From: Macrostomum hystrix
Lineage: Eukaryota > Animalia > Platyhelminthes
Direction: 5' to 3'
DNA: 64,000 nt
Assembly: GCA_950097015.1 (NCBI GenBank)
Contig: CATNEN010000001.1
Location: 5,084,001 to 5,148,000, forward strand
Shown one piece after another: positions 63,551-64,000 of this stretch. Every line of letters begins with the position of its first letter. Position 1 is the stretch's first letter. The translations under genes and the position numbers were made by a program. The notes beneath the pieces were generated by a model. The model saw nothing but the letters and a program-made list of their open reading frames with translations. It did no database searches and was not told where the DNA came from.

Positions 63551-64000
63551 TGTTTTATAATTCACTTTACATAAAAGCAATCGTCAATGATCCCAGATCC
63601 TCAGTTGGTCAGCAATGGTCAATGATTCCAGATCCCCAGTTGGTCGGCAATAGTCAATGATCCCAGATCCCCAGTTGGTCAGCAATGGTCCATGATGCCA
63701 GATCCCCAGTTGGTCAGCAATGGTCAATGATCCCAGATCCCCAGTTGGTCGGCAATAGTCAATGATCCCAGATCCCCAGTTGGTCAGCAATGGTCCATGA
63801 TCCCAGATCCTCTGTTGGTCAGCAATAGTCAATGATCCCAGATCCCCAGTTGGTCAGCAATGGTCAATGATCCCAGATCCCCAGTTGGTCAGCAATGGTC
63901 AATGATCCCAGATCCTCAGTTGGTCAGCAATGGTCAATGATTCCAGATCCCCAGTTGGTCGGCAATAGTCAATGATCCCAGATCCCCAGTTGGTCAGCAA

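Larger units (their letters stand above)
53100..64000 (-). ncRNA. Putative non-coding snoRNA host gene (GAS5/UHG-type architecture) made of micro-exons; 5' end lies beyond the window
   Basis: Minus-strand micro-exons flanked by acceptors and donors: 63371-63320 and 62380-62329 (ttttcattttag / GTGAGT), 61389-61338 (donor altered), 55138-55088, 53922-53872 (GTATGT), 53590-53562; possibly 53400-53260 and 53123-53100. The repeated exon and 53400-53260 give only short ORFs; each intron upstream of the repeated exon carries a box C/D snoRNA. Confidence 0.65.
61329..64000. repeat. Composite 991-bp tandem repeat (micro-exon + snoRNA spacer + 35-bp minisatellite block), at least 2.7 units, continuing past the window
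   Basis: TGCACTCA landmark at 61329, 62320, 63311 (991-bp spacing). Confidence 0.93.

Noticed and set aside
54080-64000. CRISPR-like appearance of 35-bp repeats next to a nuclease-like ORF
   Set aside because: Repeats are head-to-tail with no unique spacers, the context is eukaryotic and intron-containing, and the ORF is a CACTA-type transposase rather than Cas.

Overview
Eukaryotic (animal) genomic DNA rich in GT-AG introns and minisatellites. The poly-Gln/poly-Ala coding style and a minisatellite in nearly every intron suggest a Macrostomum-like flatworm (inference only). From left to right: (1) the last coding exon of an unidentified gene (1321-1824); (2) an 11-exon UPF2 nonsense-mediated decay gene on + (4664-27582, ~1303 aa), whose intron 4 is ~14.9 kb and filled by a 25-bp satellite with nested higher-order repeats (1854/1854/1779 bp, forming a 5487-bp super-unit); (3) a convergent 6-coding-exon, 7-EC protocadherin on - (29448-40407, ~1255 aa); (4) ~12 kb of minisatellite-rich non-coding DNA; (5) from ~53.1 kb to the window end, a cryptic minus-strand non-coding snoRNA host gene. 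It is built from a tandemly amplified 991-bp cassette (52-nt micro-exon, 35-bp minisatellite, intronic double-guide box C/D snoRNA complementary to two adjacent 28S rRNA sites; SNORD79-like and SNORD10-like guides). One snoRNA copy is interrupted within box C by a ~6-kb CACTA/EnSpm-like DNA transposon encoding a spliced DDE transposase and a frameshifted coiled-coil/BEN-like second protein, and the element has lost its right end. Most ORFs in the supplied track are translations of tandem repeats.
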